From contig VYCT01000369.1 of the NCBI GenBank assembly GCA_009843785.1, positions 3,655-67,654 on the forward strand: a stretch of 64,000 bases of DNA. The letters run 5' to 3'. Each line of letters opens with the position of its first letter. Within the stretch, counting starts at the first letter, position 1. Both the position numbers and the translations under genes were made by a program. This stretch comes from Candidatus Poribacteria bacterium (GTDB lineage: Bacteria; Poribacteria; WGA-4E; WGA-3G). Under the pieces are notes generated by a model, which saw only the letters and a list, made by a program, of their open reading frames with translations, had not been told where the DNA came from and did no database searches. Of this stretch, positions 17,013 to 26,312 are shown piece after piece.

Positions 17013-17642
17013 ATGTTTACGGAAGAAAGCGATTGCAGCTGGTCAATCGCCTTTTCACCGGATGGAAAGCACCTTGTAAGTGCGCATGAGAAAGAAAAAG
17101 CCCAGGTATGGGATATTGAAAACGGTGAGCCAATTGCTGAACTCTCCTCAAACCGCCCCCGAGATGTTACCAAATATAAAGGCGACGACCGCCAAATTCA
17201 AAGGATACTCAAATCATTAGAGAAGGGTTCGGAAGATAAGCGTACCCCAACAAAAGCAATTGCTTTTTCTCCGAATGGCGACCTGATTGCAGGCAATGTG
17301 GGGGGGCAAATTTGGTTGTGGGATACTACGACTTATGAGATCCGTATGGTGATATGTTTGCCACAAGGATGCGGGAGAGCTGAAGCGTTAACCTTTTCTC
17401 CATGTGGACGGTATCTCGTTTCGGGGGCATCGTGGTTAGATAGATTAGGTATTGATAAGGTGTCCATCCGTTTGTGGGATGTTGCTATCGGTGAAAATAT
17501 CGCCACCTTCTGGAGTCATCCCACCGATATTCAGTCACTTGCTTTTTCTCCGGATGGCACCCTGTTAGCGAGTGGCAGCTACGATGGCACTATTCTACTA
17601 TGGGACATGAAGCCTTATTTTCCTCATATTGATACACACTAA
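17013..17642 (+). CDS. WD40-repeat protein, C-terminal part (same frame as 15663-16976)
   Basis: AQVWDI, IWLWDT, IRLWDV and ILLWDM repeats. The frame is continuous with the upstream ORF except for TGA at 16974-16976. Confidence 0.75.
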   Translation: MFTEESDCSWSIAFSPDGKHLVSAHEKEKAQVWDIENGEPIAELSSNRPRDVTKYKGDDRQIQRILKSLEKGSEDKRTPTKAIAFSPNGDLIAGNVGGQIWLWDTTTYEIRMVICLPQGCGRAEALTFSPCGRYLVSGASWLDRLGIDKVSIRLWDVAIGENIATFWSHPTDIQSLAFSPDGTLLASGSYDGTILLWDMKPYFPHIDTH

Positions 17643-17725
17643 GCCTGAGAAGGGTTTGTGGGCGTTACATTCACGATTTGGGAAATAGATTTGCTAAAGC
17701 CTCTGCTTTATGGTACACTATACAC

Positions 17726-17917
17726 ATGAAAGAGCTACTTGAACCACAGACAGATCCTATCCTTGAAGAGTGTTATCGAATGAAAGCAGAATTTGCTGCC
17801 CAATTCAATTCTTTAGAGGAACTCTACGATTACGTGAAAGCCAAAGAGAAAAAGCGCAGAGCCCAAGGTAAGATATATATAGATCCGCCTCCACCTCCCA
17901 CGGAACAGCGCAAGTAG
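17726..17917 (+). CDS. Small hypothetical protein (63 aa, helical, Pro-rich tail)
   Basis: ATG at 17726 (MKELLEPQTD...). No recognisable family. Confidence 0.35.
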   Translation: MKELLEPQTDPILEECYRMKAEFAAQFNSLEELYDYVKAKEKKRRAQGKIYIDPPPPPTEQRK

Positions 17918-18151
17918 GGTTAAAAGGTTTCGTTATGACAAGGCAACACATACCAAAAAAGTGTTGAGGACGTAACCTCTGCAATTCGGTTTTATATTCA
18001 GACTTTGGAAAAAGAAGAACTCGAAGTTGAGGAACCTGCCTTGGACGTTTTTGTAACCGAAGTGAGTATTTGATTGATGCCGCGTTTTCCAACAGATGCC
18101 AAAAAAGGGTTGCAACTCCGAAGTAAATTTCCATAGAAAGAAGGGAACGGC

Positions 18152-18838
18152 ATGCGACTCATCAAAACTATCTGCAACCGGACACCCAAAATATGGCTTC
18201 CGTTGGCAATCGTTCTGTTGAACCGCGTAATTAACGTTTTGAAGAGCCAATATATTCTTGCATATTTGGATTTAGATTTACTTGAAATCTCTCTTAATAT
18301 TCAGGTTATCGGTGGATTTTTCGCTATCGCCACGGCATTGATTGATTGGATGCTGATAAGCGTTCTCCTCTTTTTTGGGTGTCGGTTATTGTGCGGTAGC
18401 AAAGGCGTTTTCCGAAATTTCTTTAAGACTATAGGTTTATGCCATCTCGTTCTCTTGGTAGCCACATTAGCTCAATTCATTTTCATTTTAATCGGTTTGC
18501 CCGGTTTGCCACCTGAACTCACAACGCTCGAATTTAACAACACGACAAGTTTACAAGAGCCATCAGAAGCAACTACTGAGGCGTTGGCTTCAGTCGAACC
18601 GATAGTCCAACGGATTAACATTGCGGGGCAGATCTGTTTCGGTGTTATCCTAATAGCAGTCGTTCAAACCTTTTTCAAAATTAGGTCGGGCCAGGCTCTT
18701 TTTATCACATGTATCTCTTACGCTATCTATTGGGTTTTAAGCGAAGCCTTAGGGTCGGCTTTTTTGCACGTTTTTTTCTTTCTTTTCGGACAATTCTTCG
18801 TTCCGAGTTGGCAGCCAGGCGACCCGATTTCACCATAA
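18152..18838 (+). CDS. Integral membrane protein, unknown function (possibly Yip1-like)
   Basis: Four to five hydrophobic helices. No catalytic motif. Confidence 0.6.
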   Translation: MRLIKTICNRTPKIWLPLAIVLLNRVINVLKSQYILAYLDLDLLEISLNIQVIGGFFAIATALIDWMLISVLLFFGCRLLCGSKGVFRNFFKTIGLCHLVLLVATLAQFIFILIGLPGLPPELTTLEFNNTTSLQEPSEATTEALASVEPIVQRINIAGQICFGVILIAVVQTFFKIRSGQALFITCISYAIYWVLSEALGSAFLHVFFFLFGQFFVPSWQPGDPISP

Positions 18839-18839
18839 C

Positions 18840-19547
18840 CTAATGTGGTATCAACATTTCAGGCAATTCAGCGAGACTCTGAATCGTTTCCTGCCATCTA
18901 CCGGTTTGTGTGTTGGCTCGGTCAAGCAATATCGGACGAATCCCTACTCCCTGTGCGCCGACGATATCCGCCGCATAAGTATCTCCCACATGGACAGCTT
19001 CCTCTGCTGAAACTCCGACTGCTGCGAGCGCGTAGTTGAAGATATGTGGATCCGGCTTTTCGGAACGAACGCGCGCATCATGTGAGGCGACAATGGCATC
19101 AAAATACTCGGCGATCCCCAACCGTTCGGTGAGCGGATCCAACGGCGTATCCCAATTGGAAACAATCGCTAATTTGAAGCCTGCATCTCGGAAACGCTGA
19201 AGTGTCGGAACGACATCTTCGTAGAGGGTAGCACTATTCGCAGCAAAGAGGTAATGCCCAGATTGCAACAACTCCCACGCGATCTGTTCCACGTGCTTCT
19301 CAATGCCGACTTCTCTTATAAATTCGCATTCTCGCGACATCACGGCTACCAACGATTCCAGCAGAGAATGATCGGTAGTAGGGGCGGGTGCTGATGTACT
19401 GGTAAAGAGATTTTTCAACGCTGCGTCACAGCGTTCCCAATTAACCTCAACGCCATATCTTTCAGCAATTCTTTCAAGGTTTTCCTCAAGTGAATGCCTA
19501 TGAAAACACAACGTTTCATAAAAATCAAAGAAAACAGCTTGGACCAT
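18840..19547 (-). CDS. HAD-superfamily hydrolase (paralog A)
   Basis: Motif I is AVFFDFYETL, motif II is IVSNWD, and motif III/IV is KPDPHIF ... HVGDTYAADIVGA. ATG 19547 (MVQAVFFDF) is preferred over the longer ORF-track start. Confidence 0.8.
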   Translation of the reverse strand: MVQAVFFDFYETLCFHRHSLEENLERIAERYGVEVNWERCDAALKNLFTSTSAPAPTTDHSLLESLVAVMSRECEFIREVGIEKHVEQIAWELLQSGHYLFAANSATLYEDVVPTLQRFRDAGFKLAIVSNWDTPLDPLTERLGIAEYFDAIVASHDARVRSEKPDPHIFNYALAAVGVSAEEAVHVGDTYAADIVGAQGVGIRPILLDRANTQTGRWQETIQSLAELPEMLIPH

Positions 19548-19581
19548 AATTTTTTGGTGAACACTCGCGCTTTCAGCTGTC

Positions 19582-20013
19582 CTATTCAAAAAGCACTCCC
19601 GTGAAATCTTCAAGGCTTTTCACGTTAACAGCAATGAAATGCAGCTGCTCAAGACGTTGCAAATCGTCTATATTTTCAAGGGCTGGCGTTAGGGCGCGCA
19701 CTGCTTCTCTGTGGAATTTCGTATTGAGGACTGTCAAAAGGTTTTTGCGAGTAGCCTCTTTCGCACCTTGCTCAATACCTTGTGCCATAAATTTTTCGCG
19801 TTGGTGTTGCCAAACAGAAGATTCTTGCATGAGTTCCTCCGGTATGCGTTCAAATAAACTTCGATCATGGACAAGCCCACCAAAGAGGGAGAGCCCGTAG
19901 AGTAAGTTCCCTTTTGTTGGTGCCTCAATAGATGTGGCCACCGTTGCATCAATGCATTGTTGCACCCACCGGTCAAGGGGCATATCGTCAGGCGGTTTCA
20001 TCAGTTGCGCCAT
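19582..20013 (-). CDS. DUF4351-type protein. It resembles the C-terminal part of Rpn-family recombination-promoting nuclease/transposase-like proteins and lacks the N-terminal nuclease domain.
   Basis: QGIEQGAKEATRKNLLTVLNTKFHREAVRALTPALENIDDLQRLEQLHFIAVNVKSLEDF matches the EG..EG...LL..L..RFG......I..L....LE.L......F.SL.D pattern of DUF4351. Start taken at ATG 20013. Confidence 0.5.
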   Translation of the reverse strand: MAQLMKPPDDMPLDRWVQQCIDATVATSIEAPTKGNLLYGLSLFGGLVHDRSLFERIPEELMQESSVWQHQREKFMAQGIEQGAKEATRKNLLTVLNTKFHREAVRALTPALENIDDLQRLEQLHFIAVNVKSLEDFTGVLFE

Positions 20014-20035
20014 AGAGATATTATATAACAGGTCG

Positions 20036-20746
20036 TTAGCAGATGTCAAGGTCAAGCAACGCTGGCAACTCAGACAAGCTCCGAATTGTCTCCCCCCATC
20101 TGCCTATTTGGGTGCCGTCTCGGTCAATGAGTATTGGACGAATTCCTGCGTTTTTCGCACCGATGATATCCGCTTCGTAGGTATCGCCTACGTGGACGGC
20201 TTCCTCTGCCGAAACACCGACCTGTTTCAGCGTCCACTCGAAAATATGCGGATCCGGCTTCGCAGACCGGACACGTTCATCATGTGAAGAGGTAATCGTG
20301 TCAAAATAGTCGGCAATTCCCAACCGTTCGGTGAGTGGATCCAACGGTGTATCCCAATTGGAAACAATCGCTAACTTGAAACCCTTGTCTCGTAAATGCT
20401 CAAGGGTCGGAACCGTGTCATCGTAGAGCGTTGCAGCATTGGCAGCAAAAAGGGAGTGCTCAGACTGTAGCAACTCCCATGTCATTTGGTCCAAGTAGTC
20501 CCGAACACCGAGCGCCGCCAGAAACTCACGGTAACTATCAATGATCTGCTGCATCGTCTCCAGCAGGTCATGGGTCATCGGATCCGATCCTGATGCATCC
20601 GCATAGAGATTCTCGCGTGCTGTGTCATAGTGTTCCCAATCGACTTCACAAGCATACCGCTCTACGATTTTTTGAACTCTCGGTCTAAGTGATTGTCCCC
20701 AAACCCCTAATGTCTGGTAAAAATCAAAGAAAACAGCTTTTATCAT
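20036..20746 (-). CDS. HAD-superfamily hydrolase (paralog B)
   Basis: MIKAVFFDFYQTLG, IVSNWD, KPDPHIF, HVGDTYEADIIGA. It shares a near-identical 62-nt tract with paralog A. Confidence 0.8.
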   Translation of the reverse strand: MIKAVFFDFYQTLGVWGQSLRPRVQKIVERYACEVDWEHYDTARENLYADASGSDPMTHDLLETMQQIIDSYREFLAALGVRDYLDQMTWELLQSEHSLFAANAATLYDDTVPTLEHLRDKGFKLAIVSNWDTPLDPLTERLGIADYFDTITSSHDERVRSAKPDPHIFEWTLKQVGVSAEEAVHVGDTYEADIIGAKNAGIRPILIDRDGTQIGRWGETIRSLSELPALLDLDIC

Positions 20747-20752
20747 TCTAAT

Positions 20753-20833
20753 GGTTGTCAGTTATCGGCTATCAGTTATCAGTCAGAGAATACTCTTCTT
20801 TCTGACAACCGATAGCTAAGCACTGATAGTGAC
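20753..20833. repeat. Heptad-periodic inverted-repeat intergenic element (copy iii, short)
   Basis: GTTGTCA GTTATCG GCTATCA GTTATCA GTCAGAG (20754-20788) ... CTGACAA CCGATAG CTAAGCA CTGATAG (20802-20829). Confidence 0.75.
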
Positions 20834-20923
20834 TCCTTTTTTATACAGAAATGGCAAGTTAGGCAGTTTTTGTGAGCGTACCGCGCGTCATGCAAAGTTG
20901 AATACCACACCTATTGAAGCATC

Positions 20924-21616
20924 CTAATGACGCATATAGCGGGTCGGATCCGGAATACCGGCATCTTTAAAGCCTTTCTTTCGGAGCAGGCAACTATCAC
21001 AACCACCACACGCTCTACCTTCCGCATCAGGGTCGTAGCAGCTGAAGGTGAGACTATAATCCACACCGAGTGCCGCGCCAATTTGGATAATCTCCGCCTT
21101 CGTTTTATCAATCAGTGGTGAGCGGATTTTCAGCTTTGTTTTCCCTTCAACACCCGCTTGCGTGGCAAAGTTCGCCATCGTTTGATAGGCATTTATATAT
21201 TCGGGACGACAATCCGGATAACCGCTGTAATCCATGGCGTTGACACCGATAAAAATAGTATCCGCGACAAGGACTTCAGCATAAGCGAGGGCGTAGGAGA
21301 GAAAAATTGTGTTTCGGGCGGGGACGTAAGTTATCGGTATGTCATCCTCCATTTCCATATCAGAACGGTTTTTGGGAACAGCTATATCTGCCGTCAATGC
21401 GGATCCGCCAAAGGTCCGAAGGTCGATGTCAACGACTCTATGCTGTTTCACACCCAGCGCCTTTGCGACGTTTTTTGCGCACTGTAGTTCCACAGCGTGT
21501 CGTTGACCATACCGAAAACTCATCGCGTAAGTTTCGTAACCTTCATCGTGCGCGATGGCGAGGGTTGTTGTTGAATCTAAGCCGCCACTTAGTAAGACGA
21601 CTGCCTTTTTAAGCAC
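20924..21616 (-). CDS. queC: 7-cyano-7-deazaguanine synthase
   Basis: [12 protein letters not shown]-loop and the C-terminal zinc cluster [14 protein letters not shown]. Confidence 0.9.
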   Translation of the reverse strand: MLKKAVVLLSGGLDSTTTLAIAHDEGYETYAMSFRYGQRHAVELQCAKNVAKALGVKQHRVVDIDLRTFGGSALTADIAVPKNRSDMEMEDDIPITYVPARNTIFLSYALAYAEVLVADTIFIGVNAMDYSGYPDCRPEYINAYQTMANFATQAGVEGKTKLKIRSPLIDKTKAEIIQIGAALGVDYSLTFSCYDPDAEGRACGGCDSCLLRKKGFKDAGIPDPTRYMRH

Positions 21617-21752
21617 TGATTGCCTTCCGAAAAGAAGCAGAAAGTTGACAAGTTTGAAAGTGTTCTAAAGTTTTGCAAGTTATGTTTGATACACAACCCA
21701 ACTTTAGTTCACTTTAGCTACACTTCACAACTTTCCACCTTTTTAATTTTTT

Positions 21753-22295
21753 CTATTCTCGCTCAAACTCTAATTTCGCGAAACGCAGGAAGATACCGCC
21801 ACCCGGTCTGGCGAGGGGCCCATTGATCGCCAAACACGCGATGACATGTTTCGCACCCGGCTCCGCGCTTTCGGTGACAACGACGCGTTGAGGGGTGTTG
21901 AAACCGGAGGCGGCACCACGCCCCGACTCCCCGAAGGCCAGGTCAATCTCGCCATCGACCCAGACTTCACCGTAGTCGTCAATACACGTGTGGAACCACA
22001 CCTTTGAACCGGCGACCGAAACGCCATCAACTTCTTCAGGAAGTGTCACGGTAATCCGATACCAACCGAAGCAGAGTCCTTCGGAGACGACTGCTTGGAT
22101 GTCTTCACAAGTTCCCCAGTCTGAATCGTCATAATCGGCATGACGGGCGGGACTCTCTTTCATCAGATTAACTAAACCGCCATTGGGTTCACCCGGAACG
22201 AGTCCATCGGCATAACGCCACTCGGAATTGGTGAGTTCACGATGTTCTGCATTTTCTAAATCAAGTTCTGCAATAACCATTATGCTTTCCTTCAT
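21753..22295 (-). CDS. Hypothetical protein, galactose-binding-domain-like (GH2 N-terminal sugar-binding type) fold suspected
   Basis: GWYRITVTLPEEVDGVSVAGSKVWFHTCIDDYGEVWVDGE resembles the WYR..F.lP...g..v.L.F.gvd..a.VwvNG block. ATG 22295 was chosen because the longer ORF-track start runs through a REP-like hairpin. Confidence 0.5.
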   Translation of the reverse strand: MKESIMVIAELDLENAEHRELTNSEWRYADGLVPGEPNGGLVNLMKESPARHADYDDSDWGTCEDIQAVVSEGLCFGWYRITVTLPEEVDGVSVAGSKVWFHTCIDDYGEVWVDGEIDLAFGESGRGAASGFNTPQRVVVTESAEPGAKHVIACLAINGPLARPGGGIFLRFAKLEFERE

Positions 22296-22297
22296 TT

Positions 22298-22321
22298 TGT
22301 AGTCGCGGCTCCTAACCGCGG
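22298..22321 (+). repeat. GTAG-headed REP-like hairpin TGTAG-TCGCGG-CTCCTAA-CCGCGG
   Basis: Read directly. GTAG is at 22299-22302, followed by a short GC stem. It lies immediately 5' of the 21753-22295 start codon. Confidence 0.5.
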
Positions 22322-22427
22322 TTTTTGTGATGCCGTGCACACATATAAAGTGCACCTACCGGTTTATGAAATTAAGTGGTAATCCTCGATAAAAAGGGAA
22401 CGAACAAATGGAAAACCTGGCAAAGAC

Positions 22428-23603
22428 CTAATCGTTAGAGGACCAGAGTCTATAGGCAACGCCCGTTGAAAGAATCAAGGAAATTCCCGCGACAATAAAT
22501 GGCACTTGAACAGAGATATTAATTAGATAGCCGCTTGCGACGTAGCCGAGAAGAAATCCGGTGCTCCATGCTAAATGTGTGAGACCCACACCATGCCCTT
22601 TCTCATGCGGTTCGGTAAATTCATTGATAAACCTCGGAATCGTTGTCGAAAGTGACCACGCTGCACCTGCGCCGAGGACTCCGAAAACTTCCAGAGCGAT
22701 TAATGAGTCGTGAAAGAACGCCACACCAAAAGCGAGGAGTGTAACGATTGCGTTCGCCACGAGCGCGGGCGTGCGATGCCCAATCCTATCGCATATTCTC
22801 CCGACAGCCAGTTGGCACCCAAAAGCGAACAGTAGGCTCACTGCACCGTAATAACCTGTCGCTTTAACGCCAGCGATACGCGCAATCAAGATCGGCATGA
22901 GCAGGTTTACAGAGCCCCAATAATAAGTCGGGAAAACTCGTAAACCGATTAGCATCTGCATGTTTCGCCGCCGACTCAGGTTTAGGTATGCGTCAATATT
23001 AAGGGCTGATTTCCATATCCCACCTTGCCCCTGCTGCCTATTGGAAGACCGCTGCATCAACCGCGGTAAAAAGAGGCAGGCACCGACAAACAGTAAGCCG
23101 GATAGAACGATCGCACCGATCCCGAAAACCCTATAGTCAATACGATCAATGACCTCGCCTGCGATGGCACTGCCAACTGCCCCCCCAACAGTCATGTTGA
23201 TAAAGTACAGTCCCGTCGCCAAACCCAAGCGGTTCGATGGCACAACACTGATAAGATAGGTTTGCCCACCCGCAGTTTTGAACCCAGATGCGATGCCTTC
23301 ATAACAGAGAATGCCCCAGATGAACAGCGGCGTTTCTGTTGTGAAAAGTGCACCTATGACGATCGCGCCTGTCACCCCGATGAGTATCGTCGGTTTCCGT
23401 CCGAACCGGTCGCAGAGTGTTCCGCCAATCAGTGCTGAGATGCCACCGAGTCCGATAGGCAAGGCGCGTAACAACGCTGCGAAGAGCGCAGTCTCTTCTA
23501 AAATCGTCTCCGCGTAGACCGGAAACAGCATCTGTACCGGTCCCGTCACCAAACCGACAACAAACACGATGGCGCAAAGAAGTATAAATCCGCGACTCCA
23601 CAT
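22428..23603 (-). CDS. MFS transporter
   Basis: About 12 hydrophobic helices and the MFS motif A-like GGTLCDRFGRKPTILIG. Confidence 0.8.
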   Translation of the reverse strand: MWSRGFILLCAIVFVVGLVTGPVQMLFPVYAETILEETALFAALLRALPIGLGGISALIGGTLCDRFGRKPTILIGVTGAIVIGALFTTETPLFIWGILCYEGIASGFKTAGGQTYLISVVPSNRLGLATGLYFINMTVGGAVGSAIAGEVIDRIDYRVFGIGAIVLSGLLFVGACLFLPRLMQRSSNRQQGQGGIWKSALNIDAYLNLSRRRNMQMLIGLRVFPTYYWGSVNLLMPILIARIAGVKATGYYGAVSLLFAFGCQLAVGRICDRIGHRTPALVANAIVTLLAFGVAFFHDSLIALEVFGVLGAGAAWSLSTTIPRFINEFTEPHEKGHGVGLTHLAWSTGFLLGYVASGYLINISVQVPFIVAGISLILSTGVAYRLWSSND

Positions 23604-23614
23604 TCTTTTTATTC

Positions 23615-23743
23615 GTTGTCGGTTATCGGTTATCAGTTGTTAGTTAAGGGCGGTTTAGAACAACTTACCCCAATTTGGAGTATTCCAGAAAGTTGTGAAT
23701 TTTACACCAAAATTTCTTAACCGATAACTGACGACTGACACCC
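23615..23743. repeat. Heptad-periodic inverted-repeat intergenic element (copy iv)
   Basis: GTTGTCG GTTATCG GTTATCA GTTGTTA GTTAAGG (23615-23649) ... CTTAACC GATAACT GACGACT GACACCC (23716-23743). It fills the spacer between the NuoEF stop and the MFS start. Confidence 0.8.
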
Positions 23744-23744
23744 C

Positions 23745-25403
23745 TTAGAAATACCTTATCAGACTGTCTGTAATGTTTGGTGCAGCGGTGCCGAGTCCAC
23801 ACGCGCTCGTTGCCTTCATGACTGCTCCAATTTCCGAGATGAGTGTTTCCGAATTCGGGTCCAACGGTGCAGACAAAAGTTCTGTCAATCGCTGTGTACC
23901 GATCCGACATGGGAAACATTTACCGCAGGATTCTTCAGCGAAAAATTCCATCGCATTGCGTGCGACATCAAGCATATCCCGTGTGTCATCAAACACCATA
24001 ATCCCTGCCGCGCCGAGCATCGCGCCCACTTTTTGAAAACTCGGTTCATCAATCGTAATGTCCAGATCGTCGCCAGCAATAAACCCACCAGAAAGACCCG
24101 CTGTCGTAATCGCTTGAATCTCGCGTCCTTCTGTAGCACCCCCTGCCCATTCATAGAGCAGCGTCTTTAATGGCAGCCCAAACGGGACTTCGTAATTCCC
24201 TGGTCTCTGAATGTCGCCAGACAGGCTAATAATCTTTGTGCCTGCTAAATTTTCGTCATAACTGAGATTCTTATACCATGCTGCACCGTGTCGTAGAATT
24301 TGGACAGCAGCGGCGAGTGTCTCCACATTGTTTACAGCAGTAGGTAAGTCCTCAAACCCGTGTGTCACAGGGTAAGGCGGACGGTTCCTTGGAAACGGAT
24401 GTTTCCCTTCCAGACTGTTCAACAGCGAGCCTTCTTCGCCGCAGACGTAAGCACCCGCGCCGCGTCGAATGTAGATGTGGAAATTGAAATCTTCACCCGC
24501 ATGCTTATCTCCAAAGATAGCATCGCCGAGCAATCCCGCTGCTTCTGCCTCCGCAAGTGCCCGTTCGAGTATTTTTACGGTTTCTGGGTACTCATATCGG
24601 AGATAAATAAAGCCGCGTGTTGCGCCTGTCGCGTAGGCGGCGAGTGTCATCCCTTCAATCACAGCGTGTGGGTCATAATCAAGAATAACCCGATCTTTGA
24701 AGCAACCCGGTTCACCCTCATCTGCGTTGCAGACGATAGTTTTCGGTTCACCCGGAGCATTCAAAACCGATTCCCATTTCATACCGGTTGGAAACCCTGC
24801 ACCACCCCTACCTGCAAGTTGACTCTCTTTGAGCGTGTCAATTACATCTGCCGGTGTGAGCGTTGTTACCGCACGCGTTAGTGCTTCATAGCCACCCGTA
24901 CGCTGATAACCTGTCAACGTCCTACGTTCGGGTTCACGTATCTCAGCGAAGATACATTCTTCACCATCACCCGGATATGGCGGGGGTAAAGGGGAGGGCT
25001 GTACAGAGAGCGTGTCTACTTGCTTTCCAACGAATACCTCATGTCCTTTCAGTACGGGTACACAATCGTCGCACCTTCCAGCACACGGCATCTCGGTCGC
25101 GCCTTCAACTTGAAGTGCCTCAAGAATTTCCAAACCGCCTTGCAACCGACAGACAGGGCCGGTACAGACGCGCGGTGCCTTTTGTCCCGGTGCCTCGCTC
25201 GCAAAATGGTGATAGAACGTTAGCGTGCCAAAAAGTTCAGCAAGCGGAATCCGAAGCCCGACAGCAATATCGCGAAGGACTGTCTCCGAAATAAATCCGT
25301 CTCGGTCGTGGAACGCGTGTAACAATGCAAGCAGCGGGGCGGGTTCATCGCGCCACTGGGCAATGACTTCTCGATTTGTCGGGACTGCCATCCATCTCTC
25401 CAA
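23745..25403 (-). CDS. Fused NuoE-like [2Fe-2S] / NuoF-like NAD(H)- and FMN-binding [4Fe-4S] subunit (diaphorase module)
   Basis: N-terminal thioredoxin-like 2Fe-2S region (LLHAFHDRDGFI...VCTGPVCRLQG). NuoF blocks GRGGAGFPTGMKW, ADEGEPG, ESCGKCFPCRIGT and SACGLG. No other complex I genes are nearby. Confidence 0.85.
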   Translation of the reverse strand: MERWMAVPTNREVIAQWRDEPAPLLALLHAFHDRDGFISETVLRDIAVGLRIPLAELFGTLTFYHHFASEAPGQKAPRVCTGPVCRLQGGLEILEALQVEGATEMPCAGRCDDCVPVLKGHEVFVGKQVDTLSVQPSPLPPPYPGDGEECIFAEIREPERRTLTGYQRTGGYEALTRAVTTLTPADVIDTLKESQLAGRGGAGFPTGMKWESVLNAPGEPKTIVCNADEGEPGCFKDRVILDYDPHAVIEGMTLAAYATGATRGFIYLRYEYPETVKILERALAEAEAAGLLGDAIFGDKHAGEDFNFHIYIRRGAGAYVCGEEGSLLNSLEGKHPFPRNRPPYPVTHGFEDLPTAVNNVETLAAAVQILRHGAAWYKNLSYDENLAGTKIISLSGDIQRPGNYEVPFGLPLKTLLYEWAGGATEGREIQAITTAGLSGGFIAGDDLDITIDEPSFQKVGAMLGAAGIMVFDDTRDMLDVARNAMEFFAEESCGKCFPCRIGTQRLTELLSAPLDPNSETLISEIGAVMKATSACGLGTAAPNITDSLIRYF

Positions 25404-25493
25404 TACGGGAAAACAAAGATAATTTCTTTGTGTATCTTATCAATTTTCCGACTTCAGGTCAACGCTTTTCTGAAATTTTGCTGCGTAGATCGC

Positions 25494-26312
25494 TTATTCT
25501 GGCACGTCCACTTTAAACGGAGCTATGAGCTCATTTAACGCCTTCCGCTGTCCATGGTCGCGACTTTCAAGCTCGTGAAGTGCTTCTGGGATTTCGTCTT
25601 TATGGGCATCAAACGGAAACCAGCGAGACGCATCGACGTGATGAAACTGTTTTGAATAGATCCAGCGTAAAAACACCGTCATTCGCGGATAGGCTTCATG
25701 GGTCCAGCGTCGTCCGGCGTGCCGCAGGTTCGGCAGAAACACGATGAAGTCGCCAGCGTTCACTGGAACATTGTGAACTGTCGGCGGCGGATCGTCCATC
25801 GTGATGTGTTCAGGATACTGGAAGTTGGATTTGTGGCTTCCCGGAATACAGGCAAACCCGTTGCCGGGCGGGACATCCACTAACGAAACGGAGAGATTAA
25901 AGAAACTCGCGAAGACCTCATCGTTGGCGACCTGGTATTGGTGGTGCGGACTTCTAAACCAGCCTTTATGTCCACCGTGGAGTTCCAAACCGTCAGCATT
26001 GGGATAGCAAATATTCGCCACGACATCAAAAACGCGTGGATAGTTCCAAGTCAACGCAGTCACAACCCGTAATATCTCTGGGTTCAAAATAAGGCGTTGG
26101 AACGCCTCATGCCCGTAATGCATGTTATAGACCCACCACGGTTTTCCCTCCGGCGTATTGATTCGCATAGGTGGCTTGAAATCTGCCTCGTCCCATTCGT
26201 ACCACGCAAAGATCTGCGCCTTCATCAATTCGACATCCGCCTTCGGTACAGCGTTTCGGACCACAAAATAACCGAGCAGATCAAAACACCATTTTTCTTC
26301 CTGTGTTAGCAT
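25494..26312 (-). CDS. Phytanoyl-CoA dioxygenase (PhyH) family Fe(II)/2-oxoglutarate oxygenase
   Basis: FACIPGSHKS and FLPNLRHAG blocks. Paralogous to 26306-27178. Confidence 0.7.
   Translation of the reverse strand: MLTQEEKWCFDLLGYFVVRNAVPKADVELMKAQIFAWYEWDEADFKPPMRINTPEGKPWWVYNMHYGHEAFQRLILNPEILRVVTALTWNYPRVFDVVANICYPNADGLELHGGHKGWFRSPHHQYQVANDEVFASFFNLSVSLVDVPPGNGFACIPGSHKSNFQYPEHITMDDPPPTVHNVPVNAGDFIVFLPNLRHAGRRWTHEAYPRMTVFLRWIYSKQFHHVDASRWFPFDAHKDEIPEALHELESRDHGQRKALNELIAPFKVDVPE

Noticed and set aside
17918-18150. A HicB-like antitoxin gene
   Set aside because: Only a ~29-residue fragment with vague similarity. There is no start codon, no partner toxin and stops in frame, so it is too weak to annotate.
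20753-20833. Fur-box-like arrays (GATAAC repeats)
   Set aside because: The repeats are direct with a 7-nt period rather than the 6-nt NATWAT or 7-1-7 inverted layout of Fur boxes. Other copies replace GATAAC with GAAAACC or GAAGACC. This is kept only as a generic protein-binding-array possibility within the heptad finding.
21617-21752. A preQ1 riboswitch upstream of queC
   Set aside because: UAGCUA and AACUAAAG-like strings are present on the minus strand, but I could not form the P1 stem or the C-rich pseudoknot partner. The region looks like ACTTTAG direct repeats instead.
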